Counted from the stretch's first letter, positions 1 through 8,249 are shown. The stretch: 31,776 nt of DNA from a virus (IMGVR_UViG_3300029318_000055:1-31776), one strand, 5' to 3'. Notes: generated by a model from the sequence alone, not told the origin. Numbers and translations are program-made.

Positions 1-2
1 CC

Positions 3-530
3 TTTCCGGTTCCCGTTAATAAACTTAAAGGTAGATTAATGGATAATTTAGGAATGAACTGGAAAACAGAATTTGGCAAAGTATCATTAGATACAGACCT
101 AGCTCACTGGATAGTAGACAATGCTCATGAATCAATGTATAACAAGAATAGATGTTATGTATATAATAAAGCAATGATTGAATTCTTTAATAATGCTAAT
201 AGTTTAGAAAGCTTAGTAGATTATGTAGAATCTCAACAAAGTATATTTGATTCAATTAGAAATTGGGCTAAAGTAAGAGGCATATATGAAAATGGTGATG
301 CTAGAACTCAATACATTAAATTACAAGAAGAAGCTGGTGAATTAGCTAAAGCAATGCTAAAAGATGATCAAGCTGAATTTGTTGATGCTATTGGAGATAT
401 GGTAGTTGTGTTAACTAACTTAGCAGAACAAAGAAACGTTAGAATTGAAACGTGTATAGCATCAGCATATAATCAAATATCAGATAGAACTGGTAAAATG
501 ATTAATGGAACATTTGTCAAAGATGAGTAA
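3..530 (+). CDS. MazG-like nucleotide pyrophosphohydrolase with an N-terminal extra domain (5' partial)
   Basis: Frame is open to the window edge (FPVPVNKLKGRL-MDNL...). C-terminal IRNWAKVRG...KLQEEAGELAKAM...DAIGDMVVVLTNLA matches the MazG EExxE/D-x-x-D all-alpha pattern. Confidence 0.8.
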   Translation, partial: FPVPVNKLKGRLMDNLGMNWKTEFGKVSLDTDLAHWIVDNAHESMYNKNRCYVYNKAMIEFFNNANSLESLVDYVESQQSIFDSIRNWAKVRGIYENGDARTQYIKLQEEAGELAKAMLKDDQAEFVDAIGDMVVVLTNLAEQRNVRIETCIASAYNQISDRTGKMINGTFVKDE

Positions 531-774
531 GATTAGAGATAAAGTAATTGAACGTGTTATTAATAAGATTAAATCACGTTCAGATGTAGGCTATAAAAAA
601 TATGGCGTTACGTTAAATGATGATGATCAATCTCTTGAAGTCTGGCTAACACACATACAAGAAGAATTAATGGATGCTGTTAATTATATTGAAAAAGCAA
701 AACTTGTATTGTGTGATGAGATTGAAGAATGTATGCTAAAAAGAACACAATTCGATGAGGAAGAAGACTTATAA
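523..774 (+). CDS. Conserved phage protein, possibly all-alpha NTP-pyrophosphatase fold
   Basis: RSDVGYKKYGVTL...WLTHIQEELMDAVNYIEK motif. ATG at 523 overlaps the upstream stop region and is preferred over 505. Confidence 0.6.
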   Translation: MSKIRDKVIERVINKIKSRSDVGYKKYGVTLNDDDQSLEVWLTHIQEELMDAVNYIEKAKLVLCDEIEECMLKRTQFDEEEDL

Positions 775-1240
775 AAGAAGAAGAAAAAGAGGTCCTGTAG
801 TTTCGAAAAAAGTAACATACGATGGTATCACCTTCGCTTCCGGGTTAGAAAGATATATGTATCAAGCTTTGAAAAAAGCACATATTAAAGCTAGCTATGA
901 AGGTGAAACCTTTGTGTTGTTAAATGGATTTCATTTTGAAAATGAATGTTGGGAAAGACAATCAAATAGTAAAGGAGATTTTAAAAATAGAGGTGAGAAA
1001 AGAATCTTACCTATTAAATATACACCAGATTTTATTGGTAAAGACTTTATTATTGAAACTAAAGGAAGACCTAATGAATCATTTCCAATGCGATGGAAAC
1101 TATTCAAAAGATTAGTTATGCAACAATTTCCTAACTATAAATTATTTAAACCCCAAAATCAAAAAGAATGCGACAAAGTAATAGAAATACTTCAAACTCC
1201 AAGCACATTGCAAGGAGAAAGTATAAAGAACGTAAAATAG
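755..1240 (+). CDS. PD-(D/E)xK endonuclease, T7 endonuclease I/DUF1064-like (probable resolvase)
   Basis: FASGLE ... YTPDF ... IIETKG motifs. Confidence 0.8.
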   Translation: MRKKTYKRRRKRGPVVSKKVTYDGITFASGLERYMYQALKKAHIKASYEGETFVLLNGFHFENECWERQSNSKGDFKNRGEKRILPIKYTPDFIGKDFIIETKGRPNESFPMRWKLFKRLVMQQFPNYKLFKPQNQKECDKVIEILQTPSTLQGESIKNVK

Positions 1241-1338
1241 ATACGTTTATTAAGTGGAGCATTAAATCAAGAGGAGGTTTAAGGTGGAAGGACTTAATGT
1301 TTATACATAATAAATACTCAATAAAATGTTATGGCTAA
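1168..1338 (+). CDS. Small basic hypothetical protein (56 aa, not in ORF track)
   Basis: Manual translation MRQSNRNTSNSKHIARRKYKERKIDTFIKWSIKSRGGLRWKDLMFIHNKYSIKCYG. Fills the 1240-1331 gap and its stop overlaps the next ATG. Confidence 0.55.
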   Translation: MRQSNRNTSNSKHIARRKYKERKIDTFIKWSIKSRGGLRWKDLMFIHNKYSIKCYG

Positions 1339-1480
1339 AAAAAGAAAATTAAATAGTAAAAACCCAAAATACTATCCCGTAAAAGAAGATGAAATAAAAG
1401 AACGCAAAGAGTTAATTGCTACAGTAAAACTTAGTAAAAAACGAAAAGCAAATGTTTACGCAGTATTTAATGAAGAATAA
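1331..1480 (+). CDS. Small basic hypothetical protein (49 aa, not in ORF track)
   Basis: MAKKRKLNSKNPKYYPVKEDEIKERKELIATVKLSKKRKANVYAVFNEE. Stop is 1 nt before the next ATG. Confidence 0.7.
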   Translation: MAKKRKLNSKNPKYYPVKEDEIKERKELIATVKLSKKRKANVYAVFNEE

Positions 1481-1481
1481 T

Positions 1482-1634
1482 ATGGAGAATAAAGAAAAAT
1501 GGAACTGGAGTTTATCATTAGGATTTTATCCAGGTATATTGTTTGGCTGTAGAGCCTATGAAGAAGAAAATCAATTAACTTATGTGTTTTACGTTCCATT
1601 TGTGGACGTAGCATTTACAATGCCTTATAATTAA
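1482..1634 (+). CDS. Small aromatic-rich hypothetical protein (50 aa)
   Basis: MENKEKWNWSLSLGFYPGILFG... ATG at 1482 follows the 1480 stop and is preferred over 1452. Confidence 0.7.
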   Translation: MENKEKWNWSLSLGFYPGILFGCRAYEEENQLTYVFYVPFVDVAFTMPYN

Positions 1635-1635
1635 A

Positions 1636-2595
1636 ATGGGATTATTTGAAGAAAGAATACCGTACAAACCTTTTGAGTACCCTGAGTATTACACAGAAGG
1701 CTGGTTAAAACAAGCTCAGGCTTTTTGGTTACATACAGAAATACCTATGTCAGGTGATGTTAAAGACTGGAATGAAAAATTAACAAAAGAAGAAAAGCAT
1801 TTAGTTGGCAATATCCTTTTAGGATTTGCACAAACTGAATGTGCTGTGTCAGATTATTGGACACAAAAAGTCGTATCATGGTTTCCAAAACATGAGATAC
1901 AGCAAATGGCTATGATGTTCGGCTCACAAGAAACAATACACGCTGTAGCTTATAGTTATTTAAATGAAACATTGGGCCTTGAAGACTTTGAAGCGTTTTT
2001 ACACGAACCTGCTACGGCAGAACGATTTGATAATTTGGTTGGTTATAACGGGAATGATCCTGTGGGCATCGGTCGTAGCTTGGCAATCTTTTCCGCATTC
2101 GCAGAGGGTGTTAGTTTATATAGTGCTTTCGCTGTTTTATATTCTTTTCAATTACGTAATCTACTCAAAGGAATAGGACAACAAATGAAATGGTCTGTAA
2201 GAGATGAATCACTACATAGTAAAATGGGTTGTAGATTATTTAGACATATGTGTGAAGAAATACCAACTCTTAAAAAGGATGCTGAAAAAGATATAATAGA
2301 AGCAGCAAGCTTAATGCACGATGCTGAAATGAAATATATTGATAAGATGTTTGAAATGGGCGATATTGAAAATCTTAAAGCAAAAGATTTAAAACACTTT
2401 ATAAAGAAAAGATTAAATGAAAAACTTAATGAACTGGGTTATAACGGTGTTTTTACTTATGATGAAGGCTGTGCAAATAATCTTAACTGGTTTTATCATC
2501 TTACTGGTGGTCACACTCATACCGACTTTTTTGCAATTAGGCCAACTGATTATAGCAAGGCTAATGAAGGTGAAGATTTTGAAGATATATGGTAA
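1636..2595 (+). CDS. nrdB: Ribonucleotide reductase class Ia beta subunit
   Basis: AFW, QETIHAVAY (E/H ligands plus radical Tyr), AEGVSLY, RDESLH, and C-terminal DFF...TDY motifs. Confidence 0.96.
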   Translation: MGLFEERIPYKPFEYPEYYTEGWLKQAQAFWLHTEIPMSGDVKDWNEKLTKEEKHLVGNILLGFAQTECAVSDYWTQKVVSWFPKHEIQQMAMMFGSQETIHAVAYSYLNETLGLEDFEAFLHEPATAERFDNLVGYNGNDPVGIGRSLAIFSAFAEGVSLYSAFAVLYSFQLRNLLKGIGQQMKWSVRDESLHSKMGCRLFRHMCEEIPTLKKDAEKDIIEAASLMHDAEMKYIDKMFEMGDIENLKAKDLKHFIKKRLNEKLNELGYNGVFTYDEGCANNLNWFYHLTGGHTHTDFFAIRPTDYSKANEGEDFEDIW

Positions 2596-2837
2596 GAAGA
2601 AAACTACTTAGACTACTAGTCTATACAAATAAATTAACAAGCTATCAAAAGTTTGCATCTCGTGTTGGATATGCGGGTGCAGCTTTTTTGATGGCTGGTC
2701 AATGGACATTAGAACCTATATTATTTATAATAGGTTTTATTTGCGTGATAGTACAAGTATCATCACGTAAGCAATGGAACTTAGTGGCTCTAAATCTTAA
2801 CGGTTTAGCAGCTTGGATTAATCATTTTTTAAAATAA
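2589..2837 (+). CDS. Small membrane protein between nrdB and nrdA
   Basis: 82 aa with a basic N-terminus and 2-3 hydrophobic segments; tightly coupled to both neighbours. Confidence 0.7.
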   Translation: MVRRKLLRLLVYTNKLTSYQKFASRVGYAGAAFLMAGQWTLEPILFIIGFICVIVQVSSRKQWNLVALNLNGLAAWINHFLK

Positions 2838-2838
2838 T

Positions 2839-4560
2839 ATGTGGAATAAAGATTGGAAAAAAGGAGTTGATTATCCTGCTTGGGGTGATACAGATGTTTA
2901 TAAAAAAACAATAACAGGAGGCTATTTATATAATGGTGAGTCACCTAAAGATGCTTATGAGCGTGTTGCAACAACTGTTGCTAAGCGTTTATATCGTCCA
3001 GAATTAGCTGAAACTTTTTTTGAATATATATGGAAAGGTTGGTTATGTTTAGCTTCCCCAGTGCTTTCTAACACAGGTATAGATAGAGGTTTACCTATTA
3101 GTTGTTTTGGAATTGATGTTGCTGATAGCATACAAGATATTGGTAAAAAGAATTTAGAGATGATGCTACTCGCTAAGCACGGCGGTGGAGTAGGTATCGG
3201 AATTAATATGATTAGACCCGCCGGCGCAAAAATAACTGGAAATGGAACAAGCGACGGAGTGGTGCCTTTCTGTAAAATATACGATTCAACTATTCTTGCA
3301 ACAAATCAAGGATCCGTTAGAAGAGGAGCAGCTAGCGTTAATATTAACATTGACCACGATGATTTTGAAGAGTGGCTCGAAATTAGAGAACCTAAAGGAG
3401 ACATCAACAGACAATCGCTTAACTTACATCAATGCGCTGTCGTCGGCGATAAATTCATGCGAAGACTTGAAGGAGGCGATAAAGTCGCAAGAAAAAAATG
3501 GAGTAAGTTATTACAAAAACGTAAAGCGACTGGAGAACCTTATATACTTTTTAAAGGAAACACTAACAAACAAAATCCAACAGCGTACAAAGACAACGCT
3601 TTAAAAGTACATATGACTAATATATGTAGTGAAATAACATTACATACAGATGAGTCACATAGTTTTGTTTGTTGTTTATCATCGTTAAACTTAGCAAAAT
3701 ATGAAGAATGGAAAAACACAAATATCATTCATGATGCGGTTTGGTTCTTGGATGGAGTACTTGAAGAATTTATACAAAGAGCAAAATATAGATATGGATT
3801 TGAAAACGCTGTTAGGTCGGCTGAAAAGGGTAGAGCTCTTGGACTTGGTGTTCTTGGCTGGCATACCTATTTACAAAACAAAGGTATTCCTTTTGAAGGT
3901 TTACTCGCGCAGTTTGAAACTCGTAGAATATTTTCACAAATTAAAATTGAAAGTGAAAGAGCAAGTCGTGGTTTGGCTGAAACATATGGTGAACCGTTAT
4001 GGTGCCGTGGTACTGGTATGCGTAACACGCATCTCAGGGCTATTGCTCCTACTGTGTCTAATAGTAAGCTCAGTGGTAACGTTAGTCCTGGTATTGAGCC
4101 TTGGGCCGCTAATATTTTTACTGAGCAGTCTGCGAAAGGAACCTTTATAAGAAAAAATCCTACATTAAAAAAGATATTAAGAAAACACAAATTAGATAAC
4201 GAAAAGATATGGAACAAAATTCTTCAAGACGGAGGGTCAATCCAAGGTATCAAAGCATTAGACAAAATTACCTACGGAAGTCACGATATACCCGTCAAAG
4301 AAATATTCAAAACTTTCAAGGAAATTAATCAGCTAGAATTAGTTAATCAAGCAGGTATACGTCAACAATATATTGACCAATCTGTTAGTTTAAATTTAGC
4401 ATTTCCTTCTGTGGCTACACCTAAATGGATTAATAAAGTTCATTTAGAAGCGTGGAAAAAAGGTATTAAAACTTTGTATTATGTTCGTACAGAATCTGTA
4501 CTGAGGGGAGATATTGCTCAGCAAGCTATGGATGAGAATTGTTTAGCTTGTGATGGATAA
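2839..4560 (+). CDS. nrdA: Ribonucleotide reductase class Ia alpha subunit (short, no ATP cone)
   Basis: ISCF, GGGVG, RRGA, TNICSEI, VCCLSS, APT, KTLYY and terminal CLAC motifs. Confidence 0.97.
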   Translation: MWNKDWKKGVDYPAWGDTDVYKKTITGGYLYNGESPKDAYERVATTVAKRLYRPELAETFFEYIWKGWLCLASPVLSNTGIDRGLPISCFGIDVADSIQDIGKKNLEMMLLAKHGGGVGIGINMIRPAGAKITGNGTSDGVVPFCKIYDSTILATNQGSVRRGAASVNINIDHDDFEEWLEIREPKGDINRQSLNLHQCAVVGDKFMRRLEGGDKVARKKWSKLLQKRKATGEPYILFKGNTNKQNPTAYKDNALKVHMTNICSEITLHTDESHSFVCCLSSLNLAKYEEWKNTNIIHDAVWFLDGVLEEFIQRAKYRYGFENAVRSAEKGRALGLGVLGWHTYLQNKGIPFEGLLAQFETRRIFSQIKIESERASRGLAETYGEPLWCRGTGMRNTHLRAIAPTVSNSKLSGNVSPGIEPWAANIFTEQSAKGTFIRKNPTLKKILRKHKLDNEKIWNKILQDGGSIQGIKALDKITYGSHDIPVKEIFKTFKEINQLELVNQAGIRQQYIDQSVSLNLAFPSVATPKWINKVHLEAWKKGIKTLYYVRTESVLRGDIAQQAMDENCLACDG

Positions 4561-4561
4561 T

Positions 4562-4600
4562 AAAAAAAGGGAGGCTTAATTGCTTCCCTTTATTTATTTT
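4562..4600. terminator. Bidirectional intrinsic terminator at the convergence of the two operons
   Basis: AAAAAAA-GGGAGGC-TTAATT-GCTTCCC-TTTATTTATTTT hairpin with an A tract before and a T tract after. Confidence 0.85.
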
Positions 4601-5060
4601 ATATTTCCATATATTTAGTTTTACCATCTTCTTTATATGCTTTTAAGCATCTATTTCTATTTTTATCTTCCGATACATAACTAACATGAACCCAATTAGG
4701 GTTTTTGTCATCTCCAAACTCCCATATCATTTGATCAAAATCTAAATTTTCTTTAATCCAACGGTACATAACTGCATTAATAGCATGTCCAAAAGTATCA
4801 TCAATATCAATTGCTTGTCCTTTACAATGCTGTGATTTTGCAGACCCACCAATAGCTCTATTCAATTTTACTGAGCGAAAGAATGAATTAATTTTTATTG
4901 GCCCACCTACAAAGTTACGTAGTGGTTCAAAAACTTTTTCAGCTATTACTTTCATATTAGCTAACTGTTCTTCATTAGGAATATTTTCAATTCCTTTTCT
5001 ATCAGCTGTATTGCTATACACACCTTCTCTATAGCTTATATGTTTACTTATTTTTTCCAT
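4599..5060 (-). CDS. Endolysin, peptidase M15A (Zn peptidase) family
   Basis: SFFR...SQHCKGQAID...WVHVSY zinc-binding motifs. ATG at 5060 (MEKISKH) is preferred over 5084. Confidence 0.88.
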   Translation of the reverse strand: MEKISKHISYREGVYSNTADRKGIENIPNEEQLANMKVIAEKVFEPLRNFVGGPIKINSFFRSVKLNRAIGGSAKSQHCKGQAIDIDDTFGHAINAVMYRWIKENLDFDQMIWEFGDDKNPNWVHVSYVSEDKNRNRCLKAYKEDGKTKYMEI

Positions 5061-5415
5061 TATTTTTAAATTCAAATTTACCACCTGTTATAGATAATTT
5101 TTCTATAACTTCGTTTTGAAGATCTCTTAATAAAGCTTCTAATTTATCTTTTTCAATAACCATTTGATTTACTTTATCTTCAAGAGCTTCGTTTCTAGCT
5201 TTTAATGCTTCTACTTCTTCTGGATTTTTACCAATAAAAGTATAAATAACAACAGATAATGATCCAACTAACATACCGACAATTACTTTAAATATATCGT
5301 TGTTTGTATCTGGTATTTCAAAAAACGCTAAAAATAACAGTAAACCCATTACAAGTAAAAATACTGTAGCAGCACCTATATATCCTCTTAATTCTTTATC
5401 TTTAAACATATTCAT
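5044..5415 (-). CDS. Putative holin (2 TM plus C-terminal coiled coil)
   Basis: Two hydrophobic helices then a heptad-rich charged tail; directly upstream of the endolysin. Confidence 0.55.
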   Translation of the reverse strand: MNMFKDKELRGYIGAATVFLLVMGLLLFLAFFEIPDTNNDIFKVIVGMLVGSLSVVIYTFIGKNPEEVEALKARNEALEDKVNQMVIEKDKLEALLRDLQNEVIEKLSITGGKFEFKNNGKNK

Positions 5416-5648
5416 TATTTTTTAGTTTTTCTTCCTTTACGACCACTGCCTTTTAAAGCTCCTGGTATATCTTCTATTTGATTCGCAACTTCTTTCATTG
5501 CTGCAGCTACATCTTCTATTTCTTGAGCTGTAAGCTTATATCTTTTTTGAACTTCTTTTAAAGTAGCTATTGCTTTTTCGTCTACTTCAGTTTTGCTCCA
5601 TAATAGGACCCATACGTCCTTCAGGTATTTTTTTGTTAATTTCCACAT
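5415..5648 (-). CDS. Hypothetical helical protein in the lysis cassette
   Basis: 77 aa, amphipathic N-terminus, basic C-terminus, TAATG coupling to the next gene. Confidence 0.7.
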   Translation of the reverse strand: MWKLTKKYLKDVWVLLWSKTEVDEKAIATLKEVQKRYKLTAQEIEDVAAAMKEVANQIEDIPGALKGSGRKGRKTKK

Positions 5649-5931
5649 GTTTTTTCTTTTTTGTTAATTTAATAATATAATTTACTACTATGCCACCTAA
5701 AGTAGTGGCTACCAAGTCTTTAGCATCAAAATTACTATTTCTTATATAGTCATACGTCTCTTTAGCAAATCCCGCTGCAAAAGAGGATGCTACTTTTGGT
5801 AATTTCATTTCATTTGCAACCGCCGCTGTTGTAGCACCTGCTGCAAAATGGTAATATTTATCTTTTCCTATATCTTGTGAGCTAGCACAGCCCACAGTAA
5901 CCGCCGCAAAGAGGACAAGTATTATTTTCAC
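5587..5931 (-). CDS. Putative lipoprotein, YfiM/DUF2279-like
   Basis: GTG start, signal peptide ending TVG|C, and DKYYHFAAG...KETYD...DAKDLVATTLGG motif. Confidence 0.65.
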   Translation of the reverse strand: MKIILVLFAAVTVGCASSQDIGKDKYYHFAAGATTAAVANEMKLPKVASSFAAGFAKETYDYIRNSNFDAKDLVATTLGGIVVNYIIKLTKKKKHVEINKKIPEGRMGPIMEQN

Positions 5932-5935
5932 TCAT
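5882..5935 (-). CDS. 17-aa double-CxxC micropeptide MSENNTCPLCGGYCGLC
   Basis: ATG 3 nt after the thioredoxin-like stop (TAA-ATT-ATG); CxxC-x3-CxxC then TAG; overlaps the lipoprotein signal peptide in another frame. Confidence 0.5.
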   Translation of the reverse strand: MSENNTCPLCGGYCGLC

Positions 5936-5938
5936 AAT

Positions 5939-6337
5939 TTAAAATTGGGAAGCCGCATTGACTTCGTTAATGGATTCTTGTATTTCTTCTAAATCAGCAG
6001 GTAACATTAAATCTAAACCTGCTTTAAATACTATTTCTTTTATACCTTCTTTAAATATAATTAAAGTTGGTGCCATACGGACTTTATATTTTTTCTTTGC
6101 CGCTGGGCATTTACCTATATCTGCTCTATAATATATAACGTTTTCTAACTTATCCCACTCCTCAAACTTATTAGCATCATTAAATGAAGCATAAAATTCA
6201 ACTATTACCGGTAATGTTTGATCATCACCAAATGCCTGTTTTTCGTTTATTTTACTATCAAAATTATCATCAGTAATAAATTCTTGCCCAAAAGTATTAA
6301 ATGTAATTAAAAGTAAAATTATATTTAAGTATTTCAT
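5939..6337 (-). CDS. Secreted thioredoxin-fold protein lacking CxxC
   Basis: Signal peptide; ITDDNFD..PVIVEFYASFN...KYKVRMAPTLIIFKEG thioredoxin pattern with WCxxC replaced by FNDAN. Confidence 0.8.
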   Translation of the reverse strand: MKYLNIILLLITFNTFGQEFITDDNFDSKINEKQAFGDDQTLPVIVEFYASFNDANKFEEWDKLENVIYYRADIGKCPAAKKKYKVRMAPTLIIFKEGIKEIVFKAGLDLMLPADLEEIQESINEVNAASQF

Positions 6338-6338
6338 A

Positions 6339-6626
6339 CTATCTTTGTTTGCTTTGTATATCGTATAGTCTTTGATCTATTTTATCAATAGTTTCTTTTA
6401 TTTCTTCTACATCATCTTGAGTGTCCATAATTGTTTGACGAATTAATTCATCTTTCAAATCATATTCAACTCTATCAATTACAGGTGCTGGTAATTCTTT
6501 AGCAAGAGCTATGTCGGCTTGTAATGCAAAATATAATGTTGCTATTGAAACAGCCCCGCCAATTATTAATCCTATTGTTTTTAAATCTAATGTTACTTTA
6601 GTATCTTCCCCAATTTGCTTTGCCAT
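6339..6626 (-). CDS. Single-pass membrane protein with C-terminal coiled coil
   Basis: TM segment IGLIIGGAVSIATLYFAL; acidic heptads after it. Confidence 0.75.
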   Translation of the reverse strand: MAKQIGEDTKVTLDLKTIGLIIGGAVSIATLYFALQADIALAKELPAPVIDRVEYDLKDELIRQTIMDTQDDVEEIKETIDKIDQRLYDIQSKQR

Positions 6627-6627
6627 T

Positions 6628-7818
6628 TTATCTAAGTGTTATATTTAGTCCAACAGACCCGTTATATATTCTACTATCCCAGAACTTAGTATATTCGCCT
6701 TCAAAGAATACGCCTATTGATCTGTTTAATTTCCAACCAAAATTTATACCTGCTTGAAAATCTTCCCATTGTTCAAGCTCTGAATCTTGTCTTAATCCGC
6801 CTAATCCCCAGTTATTTCTATTTAAATAACTAAAATCTTCATCACCTTCAACATATTTATGATATGGTAATAAATAAGAACCATAAGCGTGAAGCCAGAA
6901 ATTTGACTTGAAATGATAAAAATCAAATCCAACAACAGGAGATACAACTCCAAATGGATCTAGTAAATCCCATTGTTCGTTATTATAACGATTAATTAAT
7001 GATTCAAATATAGTATCACGGAACTGTAAATCTGTATAGGCCACCGTATTTCCTTCTGGATCATACCAATAATAATCGTATACATCTTCACCATCAATAT
7101 TAATAGTAACCCATTGATCGGTGTAACCATAGTTATAACCTAATTGATACCAGTAATTTATAGGATAACCTTGTTCATTAGTTTCGTTTAACCAAATTTC
7201 AATTGGATTATATCCGTAAGCTCTTTCATGTGTACGATACATTGCACCGGCTGATAAGCTAAACTTTTTACCAATAGGTAATTTAGCTCTAACTTCAGCT
7301 GACTTATATTTAAAATCAACTTTACCTTGCGCTCTACTTTCTAACTTAACCATGTGGTATTTACCACTATGTTTTACAAAATAACGGTGATTTTTAAATA
7401 TCTCATCTCTGGACCTTTCTTTTTCCGTATGAAATACATACTCTAAACCTTTAATAGATGAATTAGGAGCTGTCATGGCTACGTTAGATTCAGTACCATT
7501 ATAGTAATCCTTAGCTTTTCTTTCATAATCAAACCTTGCTATCTTACGAATACCAAAACCATAACGATAATCAAAATCGTAATAGTCTGTACCATCAACA
7601 ACAACTGGTGGTGTATATAAATTACCATCAGGGTTTGTTCTTACAAAATAATCTTTTGGATTTTCTCTAGGATTTTTAATATCCCCAGCTACATATAATG
7701 TACCATATTTAAATAATTCATCATAAATAGATTTGAAAAATTTACCTTTTTTCTTTTCTTCTTGCGCAGTAATATTAAATGATATTAATATTGCTAAGAT
7801 AGTTAAAATTTGTTTCAT
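6628..7818 (-). CDS. Secreted Tyr/Trp-rich protein, probable outer-membrane beta-barrel
   Basis: Sec signal (MKQILTILAILISFNITA|Q); alternating amphipathic strands (KFSLSAGAMYR, FWLHAYGSY, FQAGINFGWKLNRSIGVFFEGEY, terminal GSVGLNITLR). Confidence 0.7.
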   Translation of the reverse strand: MKQILTILAILISFNITAQEEKKKGKFFKSIYDELFKYGTLYVAGDIKNPRENPKDYFVRTNPDGNLYTPPVVVDGTDYYDFDYRYGFGIRKIARFDYERKAKDYYNGTESNVAMTAPNSSIKGLEYVFHTEKERSRDEIFKNHRYFVKHSGKYHMVKLESRAQGKVDFKYKSAEVRAKLPIGKKFSLSAGAMYRTHERAYGYNPIEIWLNETNEQGYPINYWYQLGYNYGYTDQWVTINIDGEDVYDYYWYDPEGNTVAYTDLQFRDTIFESLINRYNNEQWDLLDPFGVVSPVVGFDFYHFKSNFWLHAYGSYLLPYHKYVEGDEDFSYLNRNNWGLGGLRQDSELEQWEDFQAGINFGWKLNRSIGVFFEGEYTKFWDSRIYNGSVGLNITLR

Positions 7819-7837
7819 AATGTTAAGTTTGTATAAT

Positions 7838-7854
7838 ATATGTAATTACCTGTT
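7838..7854 (-). promoter_or_regulatory. Candidate late-promoter motif AACA(G/T)GTAAT(T/A)A
   Basis: Intergenic AACAGGTAATTACATAT; related copies at ~18461-18477 (intergenic) and ~23134-23150 (intragenic). Confidence 0.35.
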
Positions 7855-8128
7855 ATTTGCGTCTTTTAACGTTTTTTACTCTTCTTGGTTTACCCGCTGG
7901 CTGCCCTAATCTCTTTTTTTCTCTAATTTTCTTTGCTTTTTCTGAAGCTGACATTTCACCAGAAGTTTTAGGTGTTTTACTAGATACTCTTTTACTTGGT
8001 CTGCAATAAGGCGTGCCACGTTTCTCACCTTTGCGTCTACCGCATGGCTTACCTGTTCGTACATCAACCCATTTTTCTTTAAACCAACGTTTAAGTGCTG
8101 CCCCTTTTTTAGTTTTCTTTACCGCCAT
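7853..8128 (-). CDS. Small basic phage protein, DUF5872-like
   Basis: LKRWFKEKWVD..TGKPCG...PYCRPSKRVSSKTPKT motif; family name recalled from memory. Confidence 0.75.
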   Translation of the reverse strand: MAVKKTKKGAALKRWFKEKWVDVRTGKPCGRRKGEKRGTPYCRPSKRVSSKTPKTSGEMSASEKAKKIREKKRLGQPAGKPRRVKNVKRRK

Positions 8129-8249
8129 CTTTTATAGGTTTATGTCCGCATCCTTTCTTTTTTAATGCCATGTGTTCCTTATAAGTTTTAGCATTATGAA
8201 TTGAGCCATCTTTACAATACATTTTATGCGCTTTAAATTTTTTTTCCAT
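8109..8249 (-). CDS. Small basic His-containing protein (46 aa, not in ORF track)
   Basis: MEKKFKAHKMYCKDGSIHNAKTYKEHMALKKKGCGHKPIKDGGKEN; ATG 3 nt after the previous stop. Confidence 0.75.
   Translation of the reverse strand: MEKKFKAHKMYCKDGSIHNAKTYKEHMALKKKGCGHKPIKDGGKEN

Noticed and set aside
1636-4560. Introns, inteins or homing endonucleases in nrdA/nrdB
   Set aside because: Both genes are continuous and compact, with all catalytic motifs at normal spacing.
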